NCBI GenBank assembly: GCA_040954595.2
Contig: JBECUI020000024.1
Span: 558,001-622,000 of the forward strand
Source: Balanoglossus misakiensis
Lineage: Eukaryota; Animalia; Hemichordata
Direction: 5' to 3'
Length of the DNA: 64,000 nt
Notes under the pieces: generated by a model
The model's input: the letters and a program-made list of their open reading frames with translations, nothing else
What the model was told of the DNA's origin: nothing
Database searches by the model: none
Made by a program: the position numbers and the translations under genes
Shown: positions 61,950 through 64,000 of the stretch, in pieces
How the letters are laid out: the number at the start of each line of letters is the position of its first letter
Position numbering within the stretch: the stretch's first letter is position 1

Positions 61950-62780
61950 GGGACCATTCAGTTTTTACGGTGGGGGGAGGCTGGCAAAATCCAGGGGGTC
62001 ACTTAAATTTTGAAATCCAAAAGAGAGAGTCATCTTTTTTTCAAACGTTTAGGGGGGATGTCATATACATGTACCCACCGATGCTAACTTTGAGTGGAGT
62101 GGCAACAGTAAAATTGGTCCTTTCAAACATTGAGATACATGTAATTTGCTTTTGACTTCATTAAAATGCAACTTTGAGCTACATATTTTACAAAGTTTTC
62201 TTATGTGGAAGGAGGACATCCCCTCCCACACCCATCCCCTTATTTCTTCGCCACATATAGTGTACCAGGGCAGAATACTTGCCATCCCACCCCCACTGAT
62301 GTTAACTTTGAGTGGCAAAAGTGAAATTTGTCCTCCCCAACATTAAGTTAATTTGCCTTTGAGTTCATTAAAATGCATTAATTGTATTTTACAAAATTGT
62401 CCTACGTACACCCACCCCTTCCACTTTTCTTGTTTTACCAATTCTACCAACTATTGTATTGACGTGTCCTTTTAATTTATCCATAGACCTTCTTTATTGC
62501 AACGCTATACTATTATACACTTCAAATTATAAATTTCTTTAAGAAATTTAGAATTGAGGTGTGAGGAGACCCTTTACCTTTATTGCATACAGTCAGTGTA
62601 CATAAGATAAGGATGGTGAATGTTTTCGGGGTGGGAGGAGGGTCATCATATTTTGGTCCTGTCAAAGGGGGGGGGGGGTCATCATTTTTTTGGTCCTGGT
62701 TGAAGGGGGTGTCGGCCTGATTTTGAAAACCAATGACACAAACTTTTGCCCCCCCCCCTCCACCAAAACTGAACAGTCCC
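61950..62780. mobile_element. PIF/Harbinger-type MITE
   Basis: tta|gggaccattcagtttt ... aaaactgaacagtccc|tta. Absent from the paralogous copies (e.g. ~39380). Confidence 0.85.
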
Positions 62781-64000
62781 TTACTAAAGGACGTCAATGT
62801 CTGTTTACAGTCAAATGCATTGCCATCAGAAAAAAAAAATGCAAACAATTTCTTATGTTTGTAGTACGCACTTTTTGTATATCTGTAAACTGTGTCTCAG
62901 TTGTGAAATTCTAAGGAAATTTGTTCCTTGGGTAGAATAAATGATTCTTAAACAAACTTAGTCCTGAAAGCTAAATGGTTACCTCAGAGAAACTGTGTTA
63001 AATTTGGTCATCATTGTTTTAAATCACACAAGACATTCCCACAGCTAAGTTACTGCAGCAGTCAGTTTCAACTCAGCTTGCAAATTGGGATCATGTCTTG
63101 TGTTCATCGAGACTGTCTGTAGTCGAGTTGACAGTCACTACAACTGTATTGCAAATATGGCAGGGTTGGGCAACTCTTCCAATTTGCATTTGAACACCTT
63201 TTCTGTTTGCGTCAAAATGATGAATAATGTTTCGTTTTCAAGAATGCCTTAATATGGGCACCCAATACAAGACAACTGCATTGCAAATGGCATTTTCATT
63301 CAACTCTCCTGGGTACCTAAAACAATTTCAACATGGTTGACATGGCAATATTAGACAACTGTTCTAATTTGCATAATCCAAAATGGCCGCCAAATTTCTC
63401 TAACATGTTAATTTCCCATATTTGTTTTAAATGGTGTGTAATATCGAATTTGCAGGGTTTCAATTAATATGGGTACCTAAAACAATTTCAACATGGTTGA
63501 CATGGCAATATTAGACAACTGCTCTAATTTGCATAATTCAAACACCTGCTGGATAATTTAACTTTTGCCATTCTTGTCCCATGATTGTATGTATTATATC
63601 TCATAACAGGCAATTAAGTGTGCTAATTGTCAAGCCAATCTTAATTCTTCATCTGCACCACAAATCAGATGCAAGGTTTAGGACTGGGAGTGTATATGGG
63701 AGCAGCATATAGGGGCCTACAGGTATCTTTAATGGCAAGTCCTCGGTTAAAGCCAGAATGTTTTCAGGTTGTAGGCCTCTATTGTATCTACAACAGTTTC
63801 TATCACCTCCATCCCACTGGCCGGCACCCGAGGGGGGGGGGGGGGGTACTTGAAATTTTTTCGGATGGTAGTCTGTCGCCCCAGTCGATAACATCAACAC
63901 GTGTAAATGCCCAAAACCCGACCTATTTGTATTATAAGTCAAATTTTCTGGTCATTTACCCCAAGGTTTTCTTAAAGACTACATACCTATACACCTTTGT

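Larger units (their letters stand above)
53076..64000 (-). repeat. Right arm of giant inverted duplication (runs to the window end)
   Basis: Reverse complement of 40291 to 30365, interrupted by arm-specific insertions. Confidence 0.9.

Overview
AT-rich eukaryotic genomic DNA with spliceosomal introns and many transposons; the repeat types suggest a marine invertebrate, probably a deuterostome (inference). 1) 7.9-19.7 kb (+): the 3' part of a multi-exon type-I membrane protein gene (pentraxin/LamG, HYR, sushi, furin-site linker, four Cys-rich ephrin-receptor-like repeats, two EGF, TM, NPxY tail), uninflatable/SVEP1-like. Its sushi exon looks dead (AG->AT acceptor plus frameshift) but could be skipped in frame. 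2) A nearly intact Crypton tyrosine-recombinase transposon sits in one of its introns. 3) A ~4.6-kb array of an 86-bp satellite. 4) From ~30.4 kb to the window end, a giant inverted duplication: ~10-kb arms, ~12.8-kb spacer, nested inverted repeats with mosaic (conversion-like) variants, promoter-like inner ends and a highly conserved pair of predicted structured motifs. 5) In the spacer, a young Gmr1-type Gypsy LTR element (integrase before RT, 734-bp LTRs, tRNA-Pro PBS, GACG TSD). Many MITEs, Helentron-like elements, a LINE fragment, a tRNA-like sequence and an OB-fold-like ORF are also present. All alignments and identities were judged by eye; no database searches were run.
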